Source: a phage. From it: a stretch of 64,000 nucleotides of DNA. Within the stretch, counting starts at the first letter, position 1; each line of letters starts with the position of its first letter. The stretch lies in sequence record PZ583741.1; one strand, 5' to 3'. The notes under the pieces were generated by a model that worked only from the letters and a program-made list of their open reading frames with translations, was not told where the DNA came from and made no database searches. A program made the position numbers and the translations under genes. Positions 50,680 to 60,431 of this stretch are shown piece by piece.

Positions 50680-52674
50680 ATGTTGCCTATCGAAAAGCTG
50701 GTTGCAAACTTCGATAAAGAAAGAATCAAGCAGATTCAGAAAGACTATCAGTTTGGTGAGATAACCCCTTACGAGTTTCAGTGCGTGACATTTGATGCAA
50801 TCGGAAAGGCTATTGGGAAGTACGAAGCACCATTTATCGCAGACCTTTCCGTATCGGCTGGTAAGACAATCATCCTGGCTATGATTGGAAAGCGTATGGA
50901 TCAGCTTGGTCTTCCTTATATGGTTCTATCTCGACAGTCAGAGATAATCAGCCAGAACTCAGAAGAGCTTCGTAATTTCGGCATCCGTAACAGCGTCTAT
51001 TGCGCTGGCCTTAACGTTAAATCGGTTTACTATCCAACCATAGTTGCCAGCGAGGGTACGGCTGCTAACGGATTGTTTAAGGGGCTTGGTGACTATGTTC
51101 CGGCAGTTATCGCTATCGATGAATGCCACATGCTTGATGCTATGGATATCGTTGAAGCCGAGGAGAACGAGGAAACTTTTGAGCAAATGAGCACAAAGAA
51201 GGGCGAGATGGTTCTCAAGGATGGCGTTAACACTGGATTAATTGGTACAGGTCGCGCGCAGTACACGCTAATCATCACTGAGATGAAGCGTCGTTGTCGC
51301 GAAAAGTATGGGCGGGAGCTTCGTATATTCGGTCTTACTGGCAGCCCATATCGCAACAACGACCACATAGTCGTTAGTAATCCTAATATCCGTGGTTTCT
51401 GGCGCAAAACAGTTATTCAGGTACCGACCAATTACCTGGTTGATTTGGGGTTCGTTGTACCAACAGTTTACGGTGAAGTTGGTGATTTGGGCTATGACCT
51501 TGCTGAGTTTACGCCAGATGGCTCTGACGGGATTAAAGACTTCACGAAGAAAGACTTAAACGCAATGGAGGAGAAGATTCACCAAAACCAATCTATGACA
51601 CAAAAGATTATGCAATTTGCAGCCAAGTTCATGGAGACAAGGAACGCGGCACTTGTTACCTGTTCTGGTAAGCGTCATTGCGAGGAAGCAGCAGCAGCGC
51701 TTCCTGAGGGTGTGACCTGGGCTATAGTAACTGACTCTACTGGTGAGAAAAAGCGTCGTGAGATTCTTTCTGACGCAGCTGAAGGTAAGTATAAATTCAT
51801 CTTTCAGATTGGTTGCCTCACAACCGGCGTGAACGTCCCGCCATGGGACACGTCAATAATTCTTCGCAAGGTTGGTAGCATCACGTTATTGATTCAGCTT
51901 TTGGGTCGAGGCATGCGAATTCTTAAGAAGAAGCATAAGGAAATGGGAATGGTTAAGGATGATCACGTGGTGCTGGACTTCGCTGGTACTCTTGATGACA
52001 TGGCAGAATTGTACTTTGACCCAATCATAGAGGAAGTGCAGGACCAGAAATTTAAGTCTTCACGCAAAGGCGGCGATGAGCCAAGAGTGTGCCCCGCATG
52101 CTCTTATGAGAATTCTCCTTTTGCCCGTCGTTGCAATAACGTAATTGATGGAAAGCGTTGTGAGCATTTTTTTACATTTCGCTTGTGTGAAGATATAGAG
52201 GACCCGCAGACAAAATCTATTATTAAGAAAGGTTGTGGTGAGAAGAATGATATTGCCGCTAAAAACTGTAGGTGCTGTGGCGAGATGCTAATAGACCCGA
52301 ACGCAAAGTTATCTGGGAAAATGTATCGTAAAGGCGACTGGTTGAGAGTCTACGACTTTAAGATTGGATTAACAAAGAATCAATCAGGGATTGTTGCCTC
52401 ATACGAGGTCATGGCTCATAGTGGGGATAGGTTCCGGGCCTATGAGACGTTTTTTCCAGAGTCAGACCATCGCGTTTGCTCTGTAAAATGGAAAGCATTT
52501 TGCTCGAGTCACATAGAGAACAGGACTGAGGCTTTTAGAATTGGCAGATTGCGTAATGCTAAGATGATTATGACTAATGCTCACCTTTTCCGTGCGCCAT
52601 TAAGGATTACACACCGTAAGAACCAGAAGTCTCAAGATATTATCGCAAACAAATCATTTACTATGGAAGACTGA
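50680..52674 (+). CDS. SF2 DNA helicase with C-terminal zinc ribbons
   Basis: 664 aa; Walker A SAGKT, DExH-like IDECH, LLGRGMR, CPACS/CRCCG; homolog of A 3190..5124. Confidence 0.8.
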   Translation: MLPIEKLVANFDKERIKQIQKDYQFGEITPYEFQCVTFDAIGKAIGKYEAPFIADLSVSAGKTIILAMIGKRMDQLGLPYMVLSRQSEIISQNSEELRNFGIRNSVYCAGLNVKSVYYPTIVASEGTAANGLFKGLGDYVPAVIAIDECHMLDAMDIVEAEENEETFEQMSTKKGEMVLKDGVNTGLIGTGRAQYTLIITEMKRRCREKYGRELRIFGLTGSPYRNNDHIVVSNPNIRGFWRKTVIQVPTNYLVDLGFVVPTVYGEVGDLGYDLAEFTPDGSDGIKDFTKKDLNAMEEKIHQNQSMTQKIMQFAAKFMETRNAALVTCSGKRHCEEAAAALPEGVTWAIVTDSTGEKKRREILSDAAEGKYKFIFQIGCLTTGVNVPPWDTSIILRKVGSITLLIQLLGRGMRILKKKHKEMGMVKDDHVVLDFAGTLDDMAELYFDPIIEEVQDQKFKSSRKGGDEPRVCPACSYENSPFARRCNNVIDGKRCEHFFTFRLCEDIEDPQTKSIIKKGCGEKNDIAAKNCRCCGEMLIDPNAKLSGKMYRKGDWLRVYDFKIGLTKNQSGIVASYEVMAHSGDRFRAYETFFPESDHRVCSVKWKAFCSSHIENRTEAFRIGRLRNAKMIMTNAHLFRAPLRITHRKNQKSQDIIANKSFTMED

Positions 52675-52675
52675 C

Positions 52676-53095
52676 ATGCAAATTACAGACAAAGAAGATT
52701 ACATTGAGTTTTACCCAGGCCCGGTTAAGTCATGCCCGAAAGAGGATGACGAACAAATCTTTTGCTCTGATTGGGTTAAGTATAACTACCAGGAGATGGT
52801 ATTTTTCCACTGCGTAAATGAGGGGAAGAAAACCATTGGACAGGCAAGAAAGGACCAGGCTAAAGGGCTCCTTAAAGGCGTGTCAGACTGCATGTTTCTT
52901 ATTCCAGAGTCTCTGCGAGGCAAATACCCTTTCGGAGCTATAGAGCTGAAGAGGGCTGGCAAAACTCAGGCTAGCCCAGTCAGTGACGAGCAGAAGTCTT
53001 TCCTTAAAAGCGTGAGAGAATCAGGGGGTTTCGCTGGGGTTGCCTACGGTAGAGATGGTTTTCTGGCAGCGTTTAGAGAAATGATTTCAAAATAG
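52676..53095 (+). CDS. VRR-NUC domain nuclease
   Basis: 139 aa; D...IELKR core; homolog of A 2775..3215. Confidence 0.55.
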   Translation: MQITDKEDYIEFYPGPVKSCPKEDDEQIFCSDWVKYNYQEMVFFHCVNEGKKTIGQARKDQAKGLLKGVSDCMFLIPESLRGKYPFGAIELKRAGKTQASPVSDEQKSFLKSVRESGGFAGVAYGRDGFLAAFREMISK

Positions 53096-53109
53096 CACTA
53101 ATTGCTAAA
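53092..53109 (+). promoter_or_regulatory. B cassette motif (atagcactaattgctaaa)
   Basis: 22 nt then TATAGT, then catcgaaacgaaacgc. Confidence 0.55.
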
Positions 53110-53173
53110 CACTTATCGCATGGATGCGATATAGTTACTCCATCGAAACGAAACGCACGAAGAGAGAAAGAAA

Positions 53174-53374
53174 ATGGCTACTATCTTTACTGGTAAATTC
53201 TACGAATCACGCAAGACTGGTTACATTTACGAACTGCAAGTAACTGAAGATGGTTATGTTCTGGTTGATATCGAAGACTGTACATACGCATTCGAAGTTA
53301 GTCCAACCTACAAAGATGATTTAGAAACTGTTAAAAACGCATTTGGCGAAAAATTTGATGAGGTGTCAGAATGA
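53174..53374 (+). CDS. hypothetical small protein
   Basis: 66 aa after cassette. Confidence 0.35.
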   Translation: MATIFTGKFYESRKTGYIYELQVTEDGYVLVDIEDCTYAFEVSPTYKDDLETVKNAFGEKFDEVSE

Positions 53375-53529
53375 GAGAGGCAATCGTAAACTGGAAAACT
53401 GGAGAGGATTCAAAATTCCTCTTCAATACATTCACGCAATACATTGACAAGTTTGTTTTCGTAATTGATGGTGGATGTGAGGTTGTTGTGCCTATTAAGC
53501 TAATTGATGGATTTGGGGTTACGGAGTAA
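53371..53529 (+). CDS. hypothetical small protein (52 aa)
   Basis: ATGA overlap with previous gene. Confidence 0.25.
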   Translation: MREAIVNWKTGEDSKFLFNTFTQYIDKFVFVIDGGCEVVVPIKLIDGFGVTE

Positions 53530-53750
53530 TGAAAAAATTAACTTTTGATAAGCAATGGGAGCTATTTCAGGCAATGGCAGCTCAGGAGTTGACTAAGGCT
53601 GGATATAAACATGATGCTTGGGGTTTGGCGTGGTGCCTTGATTATAGTTTTGAAGAAGACTACCTGAACACTGATATTGAAACATGGCGCGACCGCATGG
53701 TTGCTGATATCGAAGAAATGAAGAAAGATTGCCAGGAGGATTTCTTATGA
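53529..53750 (+). CDS. hypothetical small protein
   Basis: 73 aa ORF. Confidence 0.35.
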   Translation: MKKLTFDKQWELFQAMAAQELTKAGYKHDAWGLAWCLDYSFEEDYLNTDIETWRDRMVADIEEMKKDCQEDFL

Positions 53751-53947
53751 TTAACAATATACCGTTCGTTGTTACGTTTAAGCCAAGAAACAACACCCCA
53801 CGGATGGATATTGATGAGTACCTTCTGAAACGAGGAAATAGCTATTTTGTTCTTGAAATTTCCGCAGACTCAGATAGGTATATAGTCAAAAACGATGCGG
53901 GTATTGTTGTCTCAGTTTCAAAATTAGATGTGGAGATTGTTAGATGA
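53747..53947 (+). CDS. hypothetical small protein
   Basis: ATG 53747 overlapping previous stop. Confidence 0.3.
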   Translation: MINNIPFVVTFKPRNNTPRMDIDEYLLKRGNSYFVLEISADSDRYIVKNDAGIVVSVSKLDVEIVR

Positions 53948-54065
53948 AAATCGTAGACAAAGAGATGTTTGAAATTGCGCAGGTTTACGCGATTGATGCC
54001 GTCAAGAATAAATCAGAATGGTCATGGATGTGTGCTAAAGAATACCTAAAAATGGCTTGCGGATT

Positions 54066-54314
54066 ATGATAGTTGAAACAGGACGCGCCGCTGTTTGGGC
54101 GCATTGTGGAGAGGCTGGGCTGCAAGATGACATTAAGCAGATATCCAGATTCTTTGACATAAAAGATATCAGCGTTGTGTTCAATGGTAAATTCTCTTAC
54201 ATGGATGAGCGACCAAGAAAATACGTAAGAGTTAAGCCAGGTGTCAGGATTGATGTTAACGAGTTCCTTAAATCTGAGGGATTCAAGTTTAAGATAACGA
54301 AGCCTAAGGATTAA
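54066..54314 (+). CDS. hypothetical small protein
   Basis: ATG 54066 (track 54057 is a TTG). Confidence 0.3.
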   Translation: MIVETGRAAVWAHCGEAGLQDDIKQISRFFDIKDISVVFNGKFSYMDERPRKYVRVKPGVRIDVNEFLKSEGFKFKITKPKD

Positions 54315-54316
54315 GT

Positions 54317-54568
54317 ATGTTGGGTTTAGATTTTCAGCCAGGGCATTACGATTTAGTGCATGGGCAAAGTGGAACCAAGTTTAGAGCGATACCTATTGCT
54401 GATTGGTTCCCTCCTGATTATATGGATGTGAACGCAAAAACTAAAGAAGGTAAGTGGGTGCAGGTTTACTACTCCCCAGCTTGCGGAAACCTTTGCATGA
54501 CTGACCTTGATCAGAAATTAGCAATTAGTGCGGAAGTTATCGACTACTGGTTGAAAGAAGTTGAATGA
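54317..54568 (+). CDS. hypothetical small protein
   Basis: 83 aa ORF. Confidence 0.35.
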   Translation: MLGLDFQPGHYDLVHGQSGTKFRAIPIADWFPPDYMDVNAKTKEGKWVQVYYSPACGNLCMTDLDQKLAISAEVIDYWLKEVE

Positions 54569-54651
54569 CTAGCCTAATACTAGTAGGATCGTCACCACTG
54601 TTTAGCTTTACTATCTTATACTTTATCTCAATGAATTAAGGAACTTATATA

Positions 54652-55782
54652 ATGGCAACTGCAAAAATCACCAACGAGCAACTGCGCGAAGAGCTGGAAA
54701 ATGGCATGACCAACAAGGCAATCGCAGAGAAGTATGGAATGAACATTCGCAACGTTGAATTGCGTCGCAGTAAGCTGGCAAAATCAGGCGAGCTTCATGG
54801 AAACCCTGGTATCAAGAAGTTAGTCCCTGACGGTTATATGGTCAAAGGAACCTCAACAATGATTGACGCGGCGGGTAATGAAAAGCTTCGCTGGGTTAAA
54901 ACCTCTGTAGATAATGAGCGCCTTGAGGTTTTAATGGAGCAAGCTAGAGAGGCATTTTGTTCTGAGTTGCCAAAAGCAGATGCGGTCAGCCACTCAGGCA
55001 ACGAAGTTAACTCTGAATTAATGACTCTTTACCCTATTTTCGATATCCATATCGGCATGATGGCGCATCGCCATGAATCTGGTGAGAATTATGACACTAA
55101 CACGGCAGAGAAATTAATGGAATCATATTTCGACCATGCAATTTCTGTATCACCTGCGTCAGAGAAAGCCGTTGTTTTAGTTGGCGGCGACTTCCTTCAC
55201 TCTGACGGACTGGAGGCAGTAACTCCAGCAAGTGGTCACTGCCTTGATCAAGATAGTCGATATGCTAAGTTAGTTTATGTTGCAATTCGCTCAATTCGTG
55301 GTGCCATAGAGAAGATGCTTAAGAAGCATAAGAATGTCGAGATTCAGATTATAGAGGGAAATCATGACCAAAGCGGCATGATCTGGCTTCGCGCTGCAAT
55401 GGCTGCATTTTATGAAAACGAGAATCGCGTGTTTGTTGATACCAGTCCAGCAATCATGCACAAGACGCGATTTGGCTCAACGTTACTTGGTTACACACAC
55501 GGTCACACGATGAAGAAAGCCGAGGGTCGACTTGCGGCAATGGCGACTGACTACCGTAAAGACTTTGGTGAATGTGAATTTGTTTACTGCCACTCAGGAC
55601 ATTTCCATCATGCAACTGTTACAGAGTGCACACTTGGTATTGACGAGGTTCACCCAGCACTGGCCAGTAAGGACGCATATGCCGCACGTGGAGGTTGGCG
55701 CTCATACCGTCAAGCGGCTGCGATAGTTTACCACAAGAATTTTGGCGAGGTTGGTCGCCATATTTACCGCCCAGGCATGTAA
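54652..55782 (+). CDS. calcineurin-like metallophosphoesterase with N-terminal HTH-like domain
   Basis: 376 aa; DIHIG, GGDFLHSD, EGNHD motifs; N-terminal MTNKAIAEKYGMNIRNV. Confidence 0.5.
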   Translation: MATAKITNEQLREELENGMTNKAIAEKYGMNIRNVELRRSKLAKSGELHGNPGIKKLVPDGYMVKGTSTMIDAAGNEKLRWVKTSVDNERLEVLMEQAREAFCSELPKADAVSHSGNEVNSELMTLYPIFDIHIGMMAHRHESGENYDTNTAEKLMESYFDHAISVSPASEKAVVLVGGDFLHSDGLEAVTPASGHCLDQDSRYAKLVYVAIRSIRGAIEKMLKKHKNVEIQIIEGNHDQSGMIWLRAAMAAFYENENRVFVDTSPAIMHKTRFGSTLLGYTHGHTMKKAEGRLAAMATDYRKDFGECEFVYCHSGHFHHATVTECTLGIDEVHPALASKDAYAARGGWRSYRQAAAIVYHKNFGEVGRHIYRPGM

Positions 55783-55800
55783 ATAGCACATTTTGTTAAT
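55783..55800 (+). promoter_or_regulatory. degenerate B cassette motif (atagcacattttgttaat)
   Basis: Read directly; weaker match. Confidence 0.3.
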
Positions 55801-55856
55801 AAAGCCTCAAAGGATTGAGGCAAAATGAATAAACGATAACGAGATTAGGAGTTATA

Positions 55857-56330
55857 ATGATTTACGTATTTGATATTGACGGAACTATAGCTAATAATGA
55901 GCATAGAAATCACCTTTTACCATCCAGTGACCTTCACTTGACTTCAAGTTGGAAGTATTACAATAAAGCCTGTTCTGGAGACTCACCAATAATTCCAATG
56001 ATAAACATGATGAATGCGTTAGCGGAGTTATCGCAAGTTTGCATCATGACCTCCAGAAGCGATGAAGTTGAATGGAGAACACTTGAGTGGCTTCAGGATA
56101 ATGAGGTTGAGTATGATTCGATATACATGAGAAATCGACATGACAACCGAAAAGATTACAAAATAAAAGAGGAATGGCTTAATAAAATCAGTGGTGGCGA
56201 CAAAAGCAATGTGGTTATTTTTGAAGATAACCCACAAGTAATTAAGCACCTAAGAAGTTGCGGATACACCGTTATGGCTGTATGTGAATATGAAGACCTA
56301 CCTAAAGACTGCGAATCTCACGGAGAATGA
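55857..56330 (+). CDS. HAD-superfamily phosphatase-like protein
   Basis: 157 aa; N-terminal FDIDGT motif. Confidence 0.45.
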   Translation: MIYVFDIDGTIANNEHRNHLLPSSDLHLTSSWKYYNKACSGDSPIIPMINMMNALAELSQVCIMTSRSDEVEWRTLEWLQDNEVEYDSIYMRNRHDNRKDYKIKEEWLNKISGGDKSNVVIFEDNPQVIKHLRSCGYTVMAVCEYEDLPKDCESHGE

Positions 56331-56887
56331 AAATGACTAAATTATTTATCCTTAATGGCCCAGCTGGAGTAGGCAAGGACACTATAGCGGATATCATGGT
56401 TGAGACTGGTGTCGCCAAAGAAAAGGTATCATTCAAGTCACCAATGTTTAACGTTGCAAAAGGAATGCTATCAAGCGATGAATTTGATGGATTCATCAAG
56501 AATTACGACAATAGAGGCTATAAGGAATCACCTCATGGATTTATTGGCGGTATGACAGTTCGTGAATTTATGATTTGGATTAGCGAGTCTGTAATGAAGC
56601 CAGTCTTTGGTGATGATGTTTTCGGTAAAAGGCTAGCCCAGTCACTTGGTGATGGTTGCTACATTTGCGCTGACGGTGGATTTGCTAGCGAGATTGAGCC
56701 ACTGATCGACGCTGGTGTTAATGTAACGTTAATCAGATTGCATAGGGCAGGGTACACATTTGATGGCGATAGTCGCTCATACATTCACGGGGTGTGCGCA
56801 AGAGAAATTGATGTTCGTGTTGTTGATTGTGATATTGATGGAACATCAGCATTGGTAAGGCACGTAATAAATAGCACGAATTGCTAA
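56327..56887 (+). CDS. P-loop kinase (dNMP kinase-like)
   Basis: 186 aa; LFILNGPAGVGKDTIAD P-loop near N-terminus. Confidence 0.45.
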   Translation: MKMTKLFILNGPAGVGKDTIADIMVETGVAKEKVSFKSPMFNVAKGMLSSDEFDGFIKNYDNRGYKESPHGFIGGMTVREFMIWISESVMKPVFGDDVFGKRLAQSLGDGCYICADGGFASEIEPLIDAGVNVTLIRLHRAGYTFDGDSRSYIHGVCAREIDVRVVDCDIDGTSALVRHVINSTNC

Positions 56888-56889
56888 AG
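56872..56889 (+). promoter_or_regulatory. B cassette motif ATAGCACGAATTGCTAAA
   Basis: Then catcgaaacgagatg leader. Confidence 0.5.
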
Positions 56890-56955
56890 ATAATAATAAA
56901 AACTTAGTTATCATTAACACATCGAAACGAGATGAAACAAAAGAGGAAGAACAAA

Positions 56956-57132
56956 ATGACTAAAATGATTTATTGCACCAAAAACAACTCCAAGACGCTG
57001 CCATTTACAGTTAACCAGCCGTACAATGCAGAGTATCAAGGTGACGGATACTACAAGATTTATGGCGACGATATGACGTGGATTTTAGCGCCGATTGATG
57101 GTTCGCTGGTTGAATTTATTATCGCAGACTAG
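56956..57132 (+). CDS. hypothetical small protein
   Basis: ATG 56956 after aagaggaag. Confidence 0.35.
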   Translation: MTKMIYCTKNNSKTLPFTVNQPYNAEYQGDGYYKIYGDDMTWILAPIDGSLVEFIIAD

Positions 57133-57156
57133 CGCATCTAAAACATAGCTTTACAA

Positions 57157-57186
57157 GTGGGGGGCCTTTTGGCTCCCCTTTTTTAT
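57157..57186 (+). terminator. rho-independent terminator (ggggggcc-tttt-ggctcccc plus T-run)
   Basis: Read directly. Confidence 0.6.
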
Positions 57187-57263
57187 GCTTCTTTTCCGAG
57201 CGGTGCTAATGTATCATTCTTTTACTAACTTAAACATTGACAAATACACAAATGGAGGATCAC

Positions 57264-57479
57264 ATGAGGGAAGTAATCAACGCTGCTACGGCGTCAACTG
57301 GAGGGGCTGCGGTAACTGGCGCGGCAACTGGTCAAATGACTATAGCAATAATCAGCCTTATCGCTCTAATCATTTTTGGTGCGTGGGGAGCTTACTGGAA
57401 GTTTAAAGATAGCCAGGCTATTCGGCGAGCGCTTGAGTCTGGCGACCTAAAAACAGCAATCAATATAAGGAGCAAATAA
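57264..57479 (+). CDS. holin (probable pinholin)
   Basis: 71 aa from ATG 57264 (ggagga RBS); TM segment MTIAIISLIALIIFGAWGAYW; directly upstream of SAR endolysin. Confidence 0.45.
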   Translation: MREVINAATASTGGAAVTGAATGQMTIAIISLIALIIFGAWGAYWKFKDSQAIRRALESGDLKTAINIRSK

Positions 57480-57965
57480 ATGAAGCAAAAGATGCTAATT
57501 AGCGCGGCTACGGCTGCGGCAATATACATCGCAGCGCCGCTTATTGAGCTCGTTGAGGGCGTGGAGAACAAGCCTTACATGGACATTGCCGGAATCCCTA
57601 CAGTTTGTTCCGGTATTACTGGTCCTGACGTTGTTTGGGGTAAGACTTACAGCAACAGGGAGTGCCGTAACCTGCTGGAGAAGCACATCCAGATTCATGC
57701 TAAGTATGTTCAGGATGCAGTTACCTACCCAATCGCACCGCAGACAAGGGCGGCGTTAATCAGCTTTAGCTATAATGTTGGCGGCTCAGCGATGAGGAAG
57801 TCTACGGCTGTAAGGTTAATCAACCAGGGTAAAGTGGAGCAAGGTTGTAAGGCTTTGAGCCTTTGGAATAAAGCTACCGTTAATGGCAAGAAGGTTGTGG
57901 TTAAGGGCTTGGTAAACCGCAGGAATGAGGAGATTAAGTTATGCTTAAGCGGATTGCAGCGTTAG
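57480..57965 (+). CDS. endolysin, lysozyme-like with N-terminal SAR signal-anchor
   Basis: 161 aa; hydrophobic N-terminus MLISAATAAAIYIAAPLI then E-x8-D-x5-T catalytic spacing. Confidence 0.6.
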   Translation: MKQKMLISAATAAAIYIAAPLIELVEGVENKPYMDIAGIPTVCSGITGPDVVWGKTYSNRECRNLLEKHIQIHAKYVQDAVTYPIAPQTRAALISFSYNVGGSAMRKSTAVRLINQGKVEQGCKALSLWNKATVNGKKVVVKGLVNRRNEEIKLCLSGLQR

Positions 57966-58330
57966 TAATGTGCGTAGCTTTATATGGATGTTCAGCAACA
58001 TCTGCTCTGACCGGATTAATTGGAAGTAAGCCTGAAGTTACGGCTCAGGCTGGTGCCGAGAACAATAAGGTTGGTGTTGGGTTAACGAACAAGGTTGACT
58101 CCAGTAACTCCAGCGATGCCACAGTTAAGGATTCCAGCGTGGGCTCACTTGATAGTTCTAGCGGGAAAAAGACTGCTGATAATTCGATTAAGGCCTCTAC
58201 AATCACTGCCGAAAAGATTGAGATTACCAATAACGACTCATCAGCGCTTCCGTGGATTGGAACAGGAGCGATGGGTTTGCTGGTTCTGATTCTCCTTTCC
58301 TTAATCTTAAGACGTAAAAAAGCCTCCTAA
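57941..58330 (+). CDS. unimolecular spanin (N-terminal lipoprotein signal, C-terminal TM)
   Basis: 129 aa; lipobox LYGC|S; C-terminal WIGTGAMGLLVLILLSLILRRKK; overlaps endolysin 3' end. Confidence 0.55.
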   Translation: MLKRIAALVMCVALYGCSATSALTGLIGSKPEVTAQAGAENNKVGVGLTNKVDSSNSSDATVKDSSVGSLDSSSGKKTADNSIKASTITAEKIEITNNDSSALPWIGTGAMGLLVLILLSLILRRKKAS

Positions 58331-58340
58331 TGGAGGCTAT
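58321..58340. terminator. bidirectional terminator (agcctcc-taat-ggaggct with A-run and T-run)
   Basis: Read directly; between convergent spanin and 58345 ORF. Confidence 0.65.
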
Positions 58341-58344
58341 ATTT

Positions 58345-58680
58345 TTAGCTAAATAACTCTTCGTCAGTCATTGTCCCTATGTTCATCATCTCTTTTATGT
58401 ACTGGCTTTCATACCCGTTAAGCGCCTCAAAGTTGAAACAAAATGGCCTCTTCAAGCTACCCTTACTAACAAACTCACCGCACTTGCCATCAATGTATCC
58501 GGCACTCAACATCTTCGCGCAGAACTCCTTTGAGGCAGCGCTGCAAAACTCTCTATGTGACAATCCTGCCGCCTTACTGAATCTCTGAGAGTCCTTATGT
58601 TGGTAGATGAATCGCGCCAAATGCTGGCGCGTAAAGTATGAATACGACTCACAGAACTTAAATATATCGAGTATGAACAT
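58345..58680 (-). CDS. hypothetical protein
   Basis: 111 aa ORF. Confidence 0.35.
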   Translation of the reverse strand: MFILDIFKFCESYSYFTRQHLARFIYQHKDSQRFSKAAGLSHREFCSAASKEFCAKMLSAGYIDGKCGEFVSKGSLKRPFCFNFEALNGYESQYIKEMMNIGTMTDEELFS

Positions 58681-58772
58681 ATTCAGCTCCAGATTATGTC
58701 TAATACAAATATAAGCAGTGAGATTAAAATAAGGAACCCCAAAATTACAAGAAGTATTGTTTCAAGCATAAA

Positions 58773-60356
58773 TCACCCCAGCAGTCGCGGATTAATGTAA
58801 ACTTTATCACCAATCAGGCACGTATAGTTTTTCTCATCAAGCATTGGCAGTAAGTGATCTTTAATCTTCGTCATCACTCCAGCCTGAGCCTCGAACGGCT
58901 TAACATTGCGAGCAGCTTCATACAATGAGCGAATACCAACTACGCCCTTACCGTTTTTGCCTTGCTTGATCAGAATATCAATCAGCTTATTCATCTCGGC
59001 ATTGTCGCCAGCGTGACCAGCTGCGTTAGCAGATGACAAATAAGTCTTGCTCAGTTCCTGAAACATAATAACAGCTTCTTGCATCGTATCTAGCTCGATC
59101 TCTCTAGACTTACGCGGACTCCCGCCATTTGGGTTAAACCAGTTACGCACGGTATGAAGAACCGCCGCAATTCGGATAGCCTGCTTGTCGAATTTACCCA
59201 GGGCGCCGCGCAACATTGTGTGTGAATACTTACCGCCGTCAGCAAGGTGAGGTTCCATTTCCTGACGCGCGCGGTTGAGATACTTCATTGCTGAGTTGCT
59301 CACTGTCAACTTAACATCCTGCTCATTCATTATTTCGTGAACAAGTCGGAAGTAATCAGCCTTCAATGCGCCATCAATTGGCTCGTAAGTTGAATCTCCA
59401 TTTTCATCAACGAATACACGTTCGCCAAGGAATGACTTCTCGCGGACCAAAAGGAAGCGCTCAGATACACCGATACCACGCGCACCAGCGTTCATAATAG
59501 CGTTGATTGTCTCATCCTGCGCAATTACGGAGATACAGCCCATGGCAACGAAGCTCATGTTGTTCTCTGCGTTCGCACGTGCGATAGATACGTTACCAGC
59601 ATCCCATGCTTTAAGCACAAGCTCGCTGTTCGTTTTCTTTGAGCCGTCACCATAGGTCATACCAAGCAGTGAGTTTACACTAGTCGCCTCATCAGAGATG
59701 ACAGCAAAGTTGCCCTGACGGTTGTTTATTCTGGCAAGGCCCTCAGGCGTGGTATCGGACACGGGGAAAACGATATCGCATAGCTTCTCGAGCTTTTCCT
59801 CGAGTTCCTCCTTCTCTTCAAATAGAGAAGCCATCTCTGAAGGAGATTTCTCCTGCTTCATCTCTTTGGATAATGCAGAAAGTTTTGCCATTATTTTCTT
59901 GCGCTCACGCTTACGCACCTCATTCAGTCGCTCAGTCTCAGCAATCATTGGAGCAATTGAAAGTGAGTTGATGGCTGATTTACCAGTCGATGGGGGCTGG
60001 CTTGTTACGACGTACAGCGAGGTTGGTTGCTGAGTCCCGTGATATTCAACAGTAAATCGTCCAAGCATGGCAGCAGAAATACACCCCAGAAAGTGCATGT
60101 ATGCGGAAGACTCTGGAAACTGAACAGAACGGGCAATATTGGCTGACAGCTTACCAACAATATCAACATCATTTCCGAGTGAGATTACAGGATACTTGTC
60201 ATTAGCGGCATCAATCTCGACCGGAGACTTCCAGAATGATTGAGACTGGCGATAGCCATTGGCATTAATGGCGACTCGCAGTGGTGGGAGGTTGTCTGCG
60301 GATGCAATTGCCATAACCTGTTCAACAGATAGTTTATCTTCGTTGAAATCAAACAT
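58773..60356 (-). CDS. P-loop NTPase, putative replication protein
   Basis: 527 aa; Walker A SQPPSTGKSA, Walker B-like FAVISDEA; minus-strand cassette upstream; N- and C-termini shared with 63142..63666. Confidence 0.45.
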   Translation of the reverse strand: MFDFNEDKLSVEQVMAIASADNLPPLRVAINANGYRQSQSFWKSPVEIDAANDKYPVISLGNDVDIVGKLSANIARSVQFPESSAYMHFLGCISAAMLGRFTVEYHGTQQPTSLYVVTSQPPSTGKSAINSLSIAPMIAETERLNEVRKRERKKIMAKLSALSKEMKQEKSPSEMASLFEEKEELEEKLEKLCDIVFPVSDTTPEGLARINNRQGNFAVISDEATSVNSLLGMTYGDGSKKTNSELVLKAWDAGNVSIARANAENNMSFVAMGCISVIAQDETINAIMNAGARGIGVSERFLLVREKSFLGERVFVDENGDSTYEPIDGALKADYFRLVHEIMNEQDVKLTVSNSAMKYLNRARQEMEPHLADGGKYSHTMLRGALGKFDKQAIRIAAVLHTVRNWFNPNGGSPRKSREIELDTMQEAVIMFQELSKTYLSSANAAGHAGDNAEMNKLIDILIKQGKNGKGVVGIRSLYEAARNVKPFEAQAGVMTKIKDHLLPMLDEKNYTCLIGDKVYINPRLLG

Positions 60357-60413
60357 TACTTCTCTCCGTGTTGTTTCTGAGCGGCCATTATATCAACGAC
60401 CGCTTATAATTCA

Positions 60414-60431
60414 TTATCAATTTGTGCTATT
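60414..60431 (-). promoter_or_regulatory. B cassette motif on minus strand, variant (aatagcacaaattgataa)
   Basis: TATAAT box, ggagag RBS and P-loop gene ATG follow on minus strand. Confidence 0.45.
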
